From assembly GCA_026025795.1 (NCBI GenBank), contig JAPEUG010000003.1, positions 124,001-162,625 on the forward strand: a stretch of DNA of 38,625 bases, given 5' to 3'. Each line of letters starts with the position of its first letter. Within the stretch, counting starts at the first letter, position 1. The translations under genes were made by a program, and so were the position numbers. Source of the DNA: Thelocarpon superellum. Taxonomy: Eukaryota. Below, piece after piece: positions 19,896 through 28,295 of this stretch. A model generated the notes under the pieces. It did no database searches and had not been told where the DNA came from. It saw only the letters and a list, made by a program, of their open reading frames with translations.

Positions 19896-21680
19896 TCACC
19901 TCGCATCAGCCGGACTACTACTACTAGCAGTCACGACCTCAAAGTCCAAAGTCCAGCGATCCACCTCCTTGAACTTGGAGGCGAGGGAGTGTAATTCCTT
20001 CTTTCTCCTCCCGGCCTTATCCCCGTCTCCCTTCAACCCGGCCCTTCTCCTCCTCCCTCCACCTGCTCCCCTCCCGCGCTCGATCTCAAGCGAGTCGTCG
20101 TCCATCTCGGCTCCGTCTTCGTCTTCGTCTTCGAACGAGGTGATGTTCGTGGGGCCGAGACTGTCCCCGTCTTCGTTCTCGTTACCGCCGGCACCCGCGT
20201 TTTCCTTGTTCGATGTCGCTGTTGCGCGGCGTGCGCGCGCTCGGCGTGAGGCGTATACTTTTCCTGGTGCGGGCGTGACGGTCGTAGAAGAAGCGGAGGC
20301 GTGGGTCTGCGTCGTGGATTTCAAGACGGACTTGGCGGAGGTGGTTCTGGAGCGAGCAATCAGCGGACGAGCGTTAAGATGCGTCAATTCGTCGTCGGCT
20401 GCGAGAGCAGTGGTGCCGATCTCGACGTCGCTGCTGCACAGGTCGAAGGCGTCGGGTGCAGGTGCTTTGCGCCGTCGACGTGGGAGCAGATTCTGCAACG
20501 TGGCGGTGGAGAGAACGGCAGGGGTCGGGGCTTGGCGGGCCCCGCGTTGCTGGGTGTAGGCTGACTTGTGAGACTGTGGGAGGGGTGACGCGGCGGGAGA
20601 CGAGAGTGGAGCGGCGGCTGGTTCGGCGGTCATTCGTGTCGCTCGGCTTGGTTGTCGTCGCGATGCCGCCGGTCCTTGCGTTCGACAAACGCCACTGGGG
20701 GCTTGTCGGCGAGAGTGCCTGGGTGATGCGGGTGGAGGATGCTGTGGCGATGGAGGCCCACTGCTACTCAAAGGAGGCGCCATCGTTCCACTTGGGGGCT
20801 GTGCAGAAACATCTCGCATTTCTTGACGCGGGGAGGTCCTGGGTAGGAGCTGTGATGCCTCTTCCGGGCCGTTGCGAGATCCCGAGTTCGAAGGGTGCGG
20901 CGCTGCAACACTGGGTGGGGGAGAGGAGTGTATCGCTGGTTCAGGATCATTGCGCGGCATCAATTTGCGTTTCCGAGACCCTGATGAGATGATGGGGGTC
21001 GACGACACCACGGCTTTGTCCGGAGCAGCGGGCGACCAGGTCTTCGAGACCCGTAACGGTGTTGACTCATCGTCCGGGTCAAAGTCGTCCAGGTCATCAT
21101 CGGACGCGTCGCCCCCCTCAAGTTGTGACATTTCCACCATCCGTAGGATACTCGGCTGTCGTGGTCGACGCTTGAAGTTGGTGAGGGCGAGGATCGACCG
21201 TTCTGATGCCGGCGTGCCCCTCGGCAGCCCCACCGGCGCCTCTTTCGTGGTGCTCATCATGCTCACCGCTCCCTTCTCCATCGTCGACGGTACTTGGATC
21301 ACGTCGCCCTGTGGAGCTACGTCCTTGCGCATCGCCTCCTCCCGGCGTTTCTTCAGACGGTTCAGCGCAATGGCATGGTCGGCCTCCCGCGTCACTCGGG
21401 ACAACTCGGCCCTGGTCGCCGCATTGGCAGGGGTCAAGACCGTGTCGCCTGGTCCAAGGCCTCCGCTCATGACATTTTTCTGTGTTTGCGCCGCCCGTAG
21501 TTGCCGCTGCGTCTTGGCCACCGACCGCACCAGGCCGGTGCTGTCATCACTGCCGTCGGTGTCGCGGGCCACAACATGAGGTGGGACGCTGGGACCCGCC
21601 GTTGGAGTGGACCTGGCCGTCGTCTTCCGTCCACCTCGCACAGGTGCCGGGGCAAACTTGGTCCGCTTTGGCCGCGGCAT
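19896..21680 (-). CDS. Intrinsically disordered nuclear protein, candidate sororin (Sor1-like); intronless
   Basis: Start MPRPKRTK at 21680; S/P/R-rich; KEN box (SNKENA); C-terminal KKELHSLASKFKEVDRWTLDFEVV resembles the sororin C-terminal motif. The CDS is well supported; the sororin identity is inference. Confidence 0.7.
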   Translation of the reverse strand: MPRPKRTKFAPAPVRGGRKTTARSTPTAGPSVPPHVVARDTDGSDDSTGLVRSVAKTQRQLRAAQTQKNVMSGGLGPGDTVLTPANAATRAELSRVTREADHAIALNRLKKRREEAMRKDVAPQGDVIQVPSTMEKGAVSMMSTTKEAPVGLPRGTPASERSILALTNFKRRPRQPSILRMVEMSQLEGGDASDDDLDDFDPDDESTPLRVSKTWSPAAPDKAVVSSTPIISSGSRKRKLMPRNDPEPAIHSSPPPSVAAPHPSNSGSRNGPEEASQLLPRTSPRQEMRDVSAQPPSGTMAPPLSSSGPPSPQHPPPASPRHSRRQAPSGVCRTQGPAASRRQPSRATRMTAEPAAAPLSSPAASPLPQSHKSAYTQQRGARQAPTPAVLSTATLQNLLPRRRRKAPAPDAFDLCSSDVEIGTTALAADDELTHLNARPLIARSRTTSAKSVLKSTTQTHASASSTTVTPAPGKVYASRRARARRATATSNKENAGAGGNENEDGDSLGPTNITSFEDEDEDGAEMDDDSLEIERGRGAGGGRRRRAGLKGDGDKAGRRKKELHSLASKFKEVDRWTLDFEVVTASSSSPADAR

Positions 21681-22094
21681 GGTGGGCAAGGCCAGGGAAC
21701 GGTACTCTCGATGGGATGGAGATGTTGTGGTCCGTTGAATAGGACGGATCGTCGGAGTCGAGCTGGTCCGGCGATCAACACTCCCTACGAGGACTTGGTG
21801 CGAGGAACATACTGAGGCTGGACCGTGGCACACGCGCCGCGACGCGACTTTGTTTGCCCGTCGTGGCAAGTCTTAGCGACCAGCTCCACAATACTCGACC
21901 CTTGCCGCAGAGCACCACACCCCCACTTCGATTATGTCAGATCATACCGTCAAGCTAGCTCTTCAGCTCCTCTCTGAGACATGCGACGCTTTTCATCCCC
22001 GTCTACGAGTCTGTATCCTCTAGAATCATCATCGAGATCGAAAGCGGAATTGACGTTGGTGTATATTGCATATTAGTGGCCCAAGATTCGGTTC

Positions 22095-22202
22095 GGGCCT
22101 GTGGTCTAGGGGTATGATCCCTCATTCGCAGGTTTTTCCGAGTGCAAGCTTGGGCAAATCGAAGATTTGAGGTGGTCTGGGGTTCAAATCCCCACTGGTC
22201 CA
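22095..22202 (+). tRNA. tRNA-Ala(CGC) with a 36-nt intron (22131-22166)
   Basis: Acceptor stem GGGCCTG/CTGGTCC-A with the G3:U70 alanine identity pair. A-box TGGTCTAGGGG. Anticodon stem CCTCA/TGAGG with CGC at 22127-22129 and the intron after position 37. T-arm TGGGG-TTCAAAT-CCCCA. Confidence 0.93.
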
Positions 22203-22204
22203 AC

Positions 22205-22210
22205 TTTTTT
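22205..22210 (+). terminator. RNA polymerase III terminator (T6) of tRNA-Ala
   Basis: TTTTTT two bases after the discriminator A. Confidence 0.8.
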
Positions 22211-22500
22211 GATATACTGTCATTTTGATGTCCTGCTGTCAGTGCTGCTGGCGAAGCTGCAAGACATGGGGATGGATTAATTTGCGTCCTGGTCGATTGC
22301 AGAAGGCATCATGACTCGGTTCAATGGTTGAAGTGATATTGTATCATCGTCTCTTGCTAGTGCTTGCTGTGTAGCAACGGATAGACTGTTCGCTATGATA
22401 CGAGACTCATCTCGACCTTGTCAAGAACTGAACCCGGTTGCTCCGGTCACTCTCCTGGTGGTATTCTGAATGCCTCGCAGAGAATGCTGATGAATCTCCG

Positions 22501-23536
22501 TCAGCCGACTGCAGACGTCCGTGCCCGTTTCCTCGCGCTTTTTTCTACGGACGGTTGGTGGTCTCGATCGCGATCGCGATCCCGGTCGCGATCCCTCCCC
22601 TTCTCCCTCGCGTCCAAAACCAAGCTGAGCACATCGAACCCGAACTGGGGATACTCCAGACAGGCCCGACGAAACTCGTCCTCGGCTTCGTGCCGCAGCA
22701 CGTGGCTGCGGTGCGCCCAGAACGCTGCAATGGGTTTCCGGATCGTAACGTCGTCGGATGGGGTATGCCGATATACGTAGCGTGCGTAGGCCAATTCTCC
22801 CTTGGCCGTAGAATCGATGCGGTGAATCTTGGAATGAGCCAAGGCTTTGAGCTCCTACAAGGCACGGAGTCAGTCCCGTGTGCACGCCTTGGTCACGGAG
22901 GGCCGATAACGCACGGGAACGCCATATTTCTCGGCGAGCGTGTACACCCGCGCGTGCTGCAGGAGCTGATCTCCCTCGTCATCCTTGTCGGGGACAGATA
23001 CATCCGATTCTAGCCGAGGAGGGTCATCCAGTCGTCGGGGGAAATATTCGCCCGTGTAGAGGTATTCGAGAAAGCTCCCGATGGCATCGATTGGCTCGTT
23101 GAGCTCAATTGGAGAGATCTGGATGATCGGTCAGCCACGCTCCCGGCAATGGACCTCACTACTCACCCGTTCGATTCCAGAGAGCTTGTCGTCGAAGAAC
23201 GGGCTGCGGAGAAGGAGAGCTTGATGTACCGTCAACCGGACCTCATCCTCTTCATGGCGGACAAGGAGCTCCACGGTAGGTGACGAAAGATAGCTGATCA
23301 TGGTCAGGGTCGGCTCCGTGGGGTGCGCGGAGCATCATAACGTACTCGATGAAGGTGACTCGTGGCGGGGCAGAGGATGGCTCTTCCACCCCATTCTCGT
23401 GCCCCTCATCTGCGTCACCTGCGTTTTGGGTATCAGCCTCAACGATCTCAACCTCCGCTCCGCCCATTTTTACGTCGATAGCTGAGGTGTCATCGTGGGT
23501 GTCGTTCACGTCAATGCGCACTTCTGGCTCAGTCAT
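22501..23536 (-). CDS. BTB/POZ domain protein; exons 23536-23346, 23293-23167, 23118-22915, 22854-22501
   Basis: Spliced product has DYLSSPTVELLV...VHQALLLRSPFF, FLEYLYTGEYFP and LLQHARVYTLAEKYGVPELKALAHSKI, typical of fungal BTB proteins. An RD dipeptide repeat and a basic NLS-like tail end the protein. Confidence 0.88.
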
Positions 23537-24349
23537 GGTGGAACACGCGAGTTAGGTGAGTAAACGGGCCGCTCTCGAGACGACAACACAATTCGTGAGG
23601 CAGAATCAGCACATCAACAGCGTCTGGGCTGAGCCGTCAGGGGATGTGTTTACGAGGGAACACCTCTGAACCGGTGCAGACAATGTCCGAGACAAATGCG
23701 GATGTGCGAGCTTGGCTGGACGTGAAGCTCTCTACGTGGCACGGCGCTCACTGGAGCTCCAGTTTAAGCTTTGGGCTAGTGCAGGGACACGGAGCAACGG
23801 CTCCGTCATTCCACTAAACCCCTCGAACTGAAACTGAGCTCACCTTTCATACCTGGGGAGTCGTCCTGCACGAACGCTCGCCTTGGTCGAGATGTGCGTG
23901 ATAGCGTTGCGAGCATTTGAGCCAAGAACTTCTGGCGCTCATGCCGGAGGACGTGTGCGAAGTAAGGGCTAGAGCCCGACCTTCCGCTGCGAAGCTCCAT
24001 GTTCGATCCCCTGTCGCGCTCAGATGCAGGTACGCAATAAGAGCGAGAAACGCGTCAAGCGTCCGGGGTCAAACCCGACGATGAAGCAACAGGACGATGC
24101 TTTCCTACCTAGAGACGACGGTCAGAGGGAAGGAGGCACCGAGGGAGGCCTCCTGAGACGAACGTATTCCTTCCTCAGCGCATTTACTACAGATACCAGG
24201 TGGATCATTCGTTGCCCTGGAAAAGGACCTTCGGTCTCTTGGTGTGCAACCTTTGCTTTCTCATCCACAACAACCAAGATCTCCACATCCACTTTCTTTC
24301 AAGACGCCAGCAGACTCAAACCAAGCTGTATCTCCAAGCTGCACCCACC

Positions 24350-25292
24350 ATGTTCTTCAACGTCATGTCGCTGCTCGCCGCCATCTCCGCGGCACAAGCG
24401 CTCCGGTCTCAGCCGGCCCATGATCTCAGGGCGCGTCAGGTTCAACTCACCAACGCCAGCGCGGTCCAGGCTTGCATCACGGACTTTGACTGCACCCTGA
24501 CTTCTGGTCGGATCGACAACTGCAATAGCACTATCCTGGTCCCAGACGACAACAACACTCATGCATTCCAGAGCTGTGTGTGTGCCGACTCTGACCCAAA
24601 CGAACCCTCGTAAGTCCTGGAGTTGACGGTGAGAGCTGGAGATCTTGGCTGACGCCCCGATCGCAGGTGGAAAGGCTCCTTCACCAAGTGAGCGCACCAG
24701 CCCTCTTGGAGACGTCTCACCCGCTAATCTGCATCCCAGCTGCGCAAACTGTCTCCTGGCCGCGAACCCAGTGGATCCGAATGATCCATACGTGCTGGTG
24801 ACGCAAATGGCCACCTTCTGTAATAGTAGCACCCCCAACGCCACGGCCATCGTTAGCGTCTGCGCCATCCTCGACGTGGTGCAGTACTCCGTGCAGCAAC
24901 AGTCTGAGCTCTCGTCCATCAGCGCCGCCGATCCAACCTCCTCGAGCGCGGAAACGGCGTCGGTAGCACCACACGCGCCCGTGAGCACGACTTCGGCGTT
25001 CGTCTCCAACGCCACCTCCCTTGCGGCGGGCGGGAACAGCACGATGAGTCCGACGTTAATCAGCGCCGCCCCTTCGCTGACCTCGACGTCTACCTCGACG
25101 AGCGTCACCGTGGTCGACAAGGAGAGTCCGACCGGTACGAGCGTGACCAGCAACTCGGCGTCCACCTTGGCGAGCAGCTCGCCTCTCGCCCCTACTTCCA
25201 CCAAGGGCGGTGCTCAGTCGCACGCCAGCCCTGGACCGTGGAGCGTCGTGATGACGACCATCTGCTTGGTTCTGGTATTGCGTCCTCTCTGA
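24350..25292 (+). CDS. Secreted, Cys-rich, Ser/Thr-rich, probably GPI-anchored cell-surface protein; exons 24350-24609, 24667-24687, 24740-25292
   Basis: Signal-peptide-like MFFNVMSLLAAISAAQA, nine Cys in the N-terminal domain, many N-x-S/T sequons, an S/T stalk, and a GPI-like end KGGAQSHASPGPWSVVMTTICLVLVLRPL*. Splicing via a 21-nt exon joins the two ORF fragments. Confidence 0.8.
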
Positions 25293-25424
25293 CGCATCAT
25301 GTCGCGTCGTCGGGACAGTTGGCTCACCAAATTGGACGGCCAATTGAGTCCGCGAAAAGGCGAGAGTAGATACATCGTGTGTGCGCAAGGATAGCGAATC
25401 AGAATCCGTAGTAGAAACGAAGTG

Positions 25425-27560
25425 TCATCCAGTACAGCGATTCCAAGGCTCCTGATACTCCAACCCAAAGCCTTCAAACACCTTTCGCTCCGCCTCCATC
25501 CACGTCTTGCTCACGCCGCCTACGCCCTCCAGATCCACGACGTTGCCCGTGGCTCGGTCTCGCACGCCACTACTATCGAACTTCCACCCCTTCACGTTCT
25601 TCGCGTACCGTCGCAGGTCGCGCTGGAAGGTGGTGCCGCCCGACCAGCCCACGATGGCGCATCCCACCGTGCGCCACGGTGAGATGATGATGTCGACGCG
25701 GCGGTGGATGTTGGTGTTCGAGGCTGGGCTGGGTGGAGCAGACGGCGCGGTGGGAGAAGTAGGAGACGTGGAAGACGTCGTGGTGATGGTGTCTGCGGCC
25801 GCCGGTGCGACATTCGGGTCTTGCCACACCACCAGGCCCTTGTCGAGCGTATCGAAGCCATGACCTCCGCCGCCAGCCCGGAACTTCAAGGGCTGTTGCG
25901 CGCGGTGGCTGTTGGTGAGGGTCAAGAGGAGGGTGTGTGAGATCCAGCCCTCCTCTTCGAGCGAGGCGACCACGTCCTGCGCGAGGTCGACCGTTGGCCC
26001 AAGATCGCGATGCGACAGGATGATGTCGACGTCGCCGCTGCCGCTCTTGCCGCGACGGTAGCCGCCGACGATGCAGGCCTCGATGCCATCGTCGCGTACC
26101 CGCTTGGCGTGCTCGGTGACTTTGGCGGCGATGAAATCCACCTCCTGGCGCGGGATCTTCTCCAGGAACTCATCGTAGAACTTCACCCCGATCTGCTGCA
26201 CGCGGGTAAGCGTGTGCCAGCCATGCTCGATGATGTCGTCGAGGTCACGCCAGCCCTTGCTGTAGAATTCTCGTGCCGTGATGGCGCCGACGCCCCAGAT
26301 GTCGTAGAACAAGCAGAGCACCTTCAACCGGGCGTCGTGGTCGATCTCGCTGACCTCTTGTATCACCCCGTCGTTGGTCTTCCACTCGTGGAAGAGATGC
26401 GCGATCTTCATGTCACAGCCTGGCAGCGCAAGGATCTCCCGCCCGCTCGTTAGCGTGTGCGGATAGGCCGCCAACGCTGCGATGCTGGTGCTGTACGCTC
26501 GCACGCCAATCTCGTCGCCGTTCATTAGCCGGGCCAGCTTGATCTTCGTGAGTTGTTCCATGAAGGCGTCGTTGGGCGAATTGAGCGGACTGGCTCGCTG
26601 GCAAGCGTACTTCTTGCCTTGCTGGACCCACAACGGCATTGCAGGGAGATCGGCCCCGGTCATTTCATCATGCTCGCTGGTGTTTTGCTTAACCAGACGA
26701 GGGGGCGGGGCATGGGGCTGACCGAGATTGTGTGAGGGCGCATGGCTACGTCTCGTTCCCTCATGTTGGGGACGCCCTGCCCTTCCTGGGGACGCAAACG
26801 CGGCATCGGCCTTGACGCGCTCGAGGATATCCTTGAAGGCACCCTTCCTCAACGCCGGGGACTTGCGCCGCGCGGGTCCTGTGCTCTCGGACGTGGTAGA
26901 GAGTGCGTCTGGTCGGGGCAGCTTGGGTGTCGCTACATTGGCCGGCCGCGGGATCCGTTGCCCCTCGTAGACCACGTACCGGTCAATTGGGATCACGGTT
27001 CCATCGCTGACACATTGAGTGAGCCAGTCAAGATTCATGACCCTCACGATATCATCGGCATCATTCATGGGTACCAGCAGTCGTTGGGTGGAGACAACAG
27101 GTAAGGCAGCATCACGTTGAGGGCCGCCAGCAGAGGCGGATGTCTTCTTGGGTTTGGAAGGTTCCGCAAGGTTTGTCTCAGAATCCGTACTGGAGTCATC
27201 GATGACAATCTCACTACGTTCGGCCGGCCTGGTCCATGGCTTCATTTCTCCTTTTCGTCTCTTTGCCGCCCGGGTTTGCGTCAAACCTTCGGGACTTGGG
27301 ACTCGCTTCTCGGTGCTGTGCGACTGGCGTTTTTCGGTCCATAAGCCTCGACTTCTCAGCTCAAACTCCGCACGTTGCGGGGACCTGACTTTTCCAAAGA
27401 AAAGCTGGGCCTCGTGCACGCTGTAGGTCACCTGGGCGCCGCGACCCACCAGCTGGTCTTCCCACTCATGTAGAGTTGACAAGGAGAGGTGTGCGGGGAT
27501 CAGAAAGACTGGCGGCAGGCCCGACAGATCCAGGCTGCCGAGTCTAATCTCGTGCTCCAT
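25425..27560 (-). CDS. DNA polymerase family X (Pol mu / Pol4-like) with N-terminal BRCT-like region; intronless
   Basis: YACQRASPL, lyase/8-kDa region RAYSTSIAALAAYP...LPGCDMKIA, IWGVGAITAREF (HhH), VGGYRRGKSGSGDVDIIL, RRVDII, GWSGGTTFQRDLR and FEGFGLEYQEPWNRCTG*. Confidence 0.93.
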   Translation of the reverse strand: MEHEIRLGSLDLSGLPPVFLIPAHLSLSTLHEWEDQLVGRGAQVTYSVHEAQLFFGKVRSPQRAEFELRSRGLWTEKRQSHSTEKRVPSPEGLTQTRAAKRRKGEMKPWTRPAERSEIVIDDSSTDSETNLAEPSKPKKTSASAGGPQRDAALPVVSTQRLLVPMNDADDIVRVMNLDWLTQCVSDGTVIPIDRYVVYEGQRIPRPANVATPKLPRPDALSTTSESTGPARRKSPALRKGAFKDILERVKADAAFASPGRAGRPQHEGTRRSHAPSHNLGQPHAPPPRLVKQNTSEHDEMTGADLPAMPLWVQQGKKYACQRASPLNSPNDAFMEQLTKIKLARLMNGDEIGVRAYSTSIAALAAYPHTLTSGREILALPGCDMKIAHLFHEWKTNDGVIQEVSEIDHDARLKVLCLFYDIWGVGAITAREFYSKGWRDLDDIIEHGWHTLTRVQQIGVKFYDEFLEKIPRQEVDFIAAKVTEHAKRVRDDGIEACIVGGYRRGKSGSGDVDIILSHRDLGPTVDLAQDVVASLEEEGWISHTLLLTLTNSHRAQQPLKFRAGGGGHGFDTLDKGLVVWQDPNVAPAAADTITTTSSTSPTSPTAPSAPPSPASNTNIHRRVDIIISPWRTVGCAIVGWSGGTTFQRDLRRYAKNVKGWKFDSSGVRDRATGNVVDLEGVGGVSKTWMEAERKVFEGFGLEYQEPWNRCTG

Positions 27561-28295
27561 GGCGGGCCTGCCCGTTGCCGTGCGGAAGCGAAGCAACTTG
27601 ATAGCCAGGGCAGCATGGCCGGAGCGATGTGAGTGTCGTTCTTCGAGGGACCCAATCCTGGGGGGATCACTCGTGCTAGATCAGGATTGTCGCGAGACTG
27701 AATGACGACGTTTGGCGAGATCACCAACATCGGGTCACGCACAAGCCAAAGAGCCGAGTGAGGCCGATCGATTCTCTCTACAGCCAGCTGCCCCTGTCGC
27801 GACAGTGTGTACACTGATGAGCTGATAGCATTACCGTTGATCCAAATCACCTTAACATATGTGACTTCGCTCTGATCATGACGAGATGAGATTCCCTTCC
27901 TAAATGATGTCTTGCTCTGGGCCGAAGCGGAGAGAAGGAGCCGCTCCGTTGTAAGGGGCTGTTCGTGATGTCGACGTTGACGACTGGGCTCTGCTGCGTC
28001 GACAAAATCTCACTTCGTTCTTGAACTGCAACTGAGCGTGATTGAACGTGAATTTCGTGCAGTGCATGGACTGAACATGCCTGGATATATCCAGGATGAA
28101 TTCACAAAGGTTGGGAGGGCAGATCTCCAGACTCAAAACCGCAACACGTTTGCCTACTCGGGTGGCTGGCATTCACCATATCCGTGGTAACCCTGAGGCA
28201 ACATAACACTATTGATCTCTCCCACGCTCTCCTACTTGTGCACCTGACGATGCGAGATCGCGACCTCGGCGTCAACACATTTCACTCAACTCGTC

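Noticed and set aside
23995..24022. GTTCGATCCC B-box-like motif
   Set aside because: No T-stem, acceptor stem or upstream A-box; not a tRNA or SINE.
27814..27875. TGATGA...CTGA pair suggesting a box C/D snoRNA
   Set aside because: Imperfect box C, no terminal stem, and no convincing 10-nt or longer rRNA complementarity that I could recognise.
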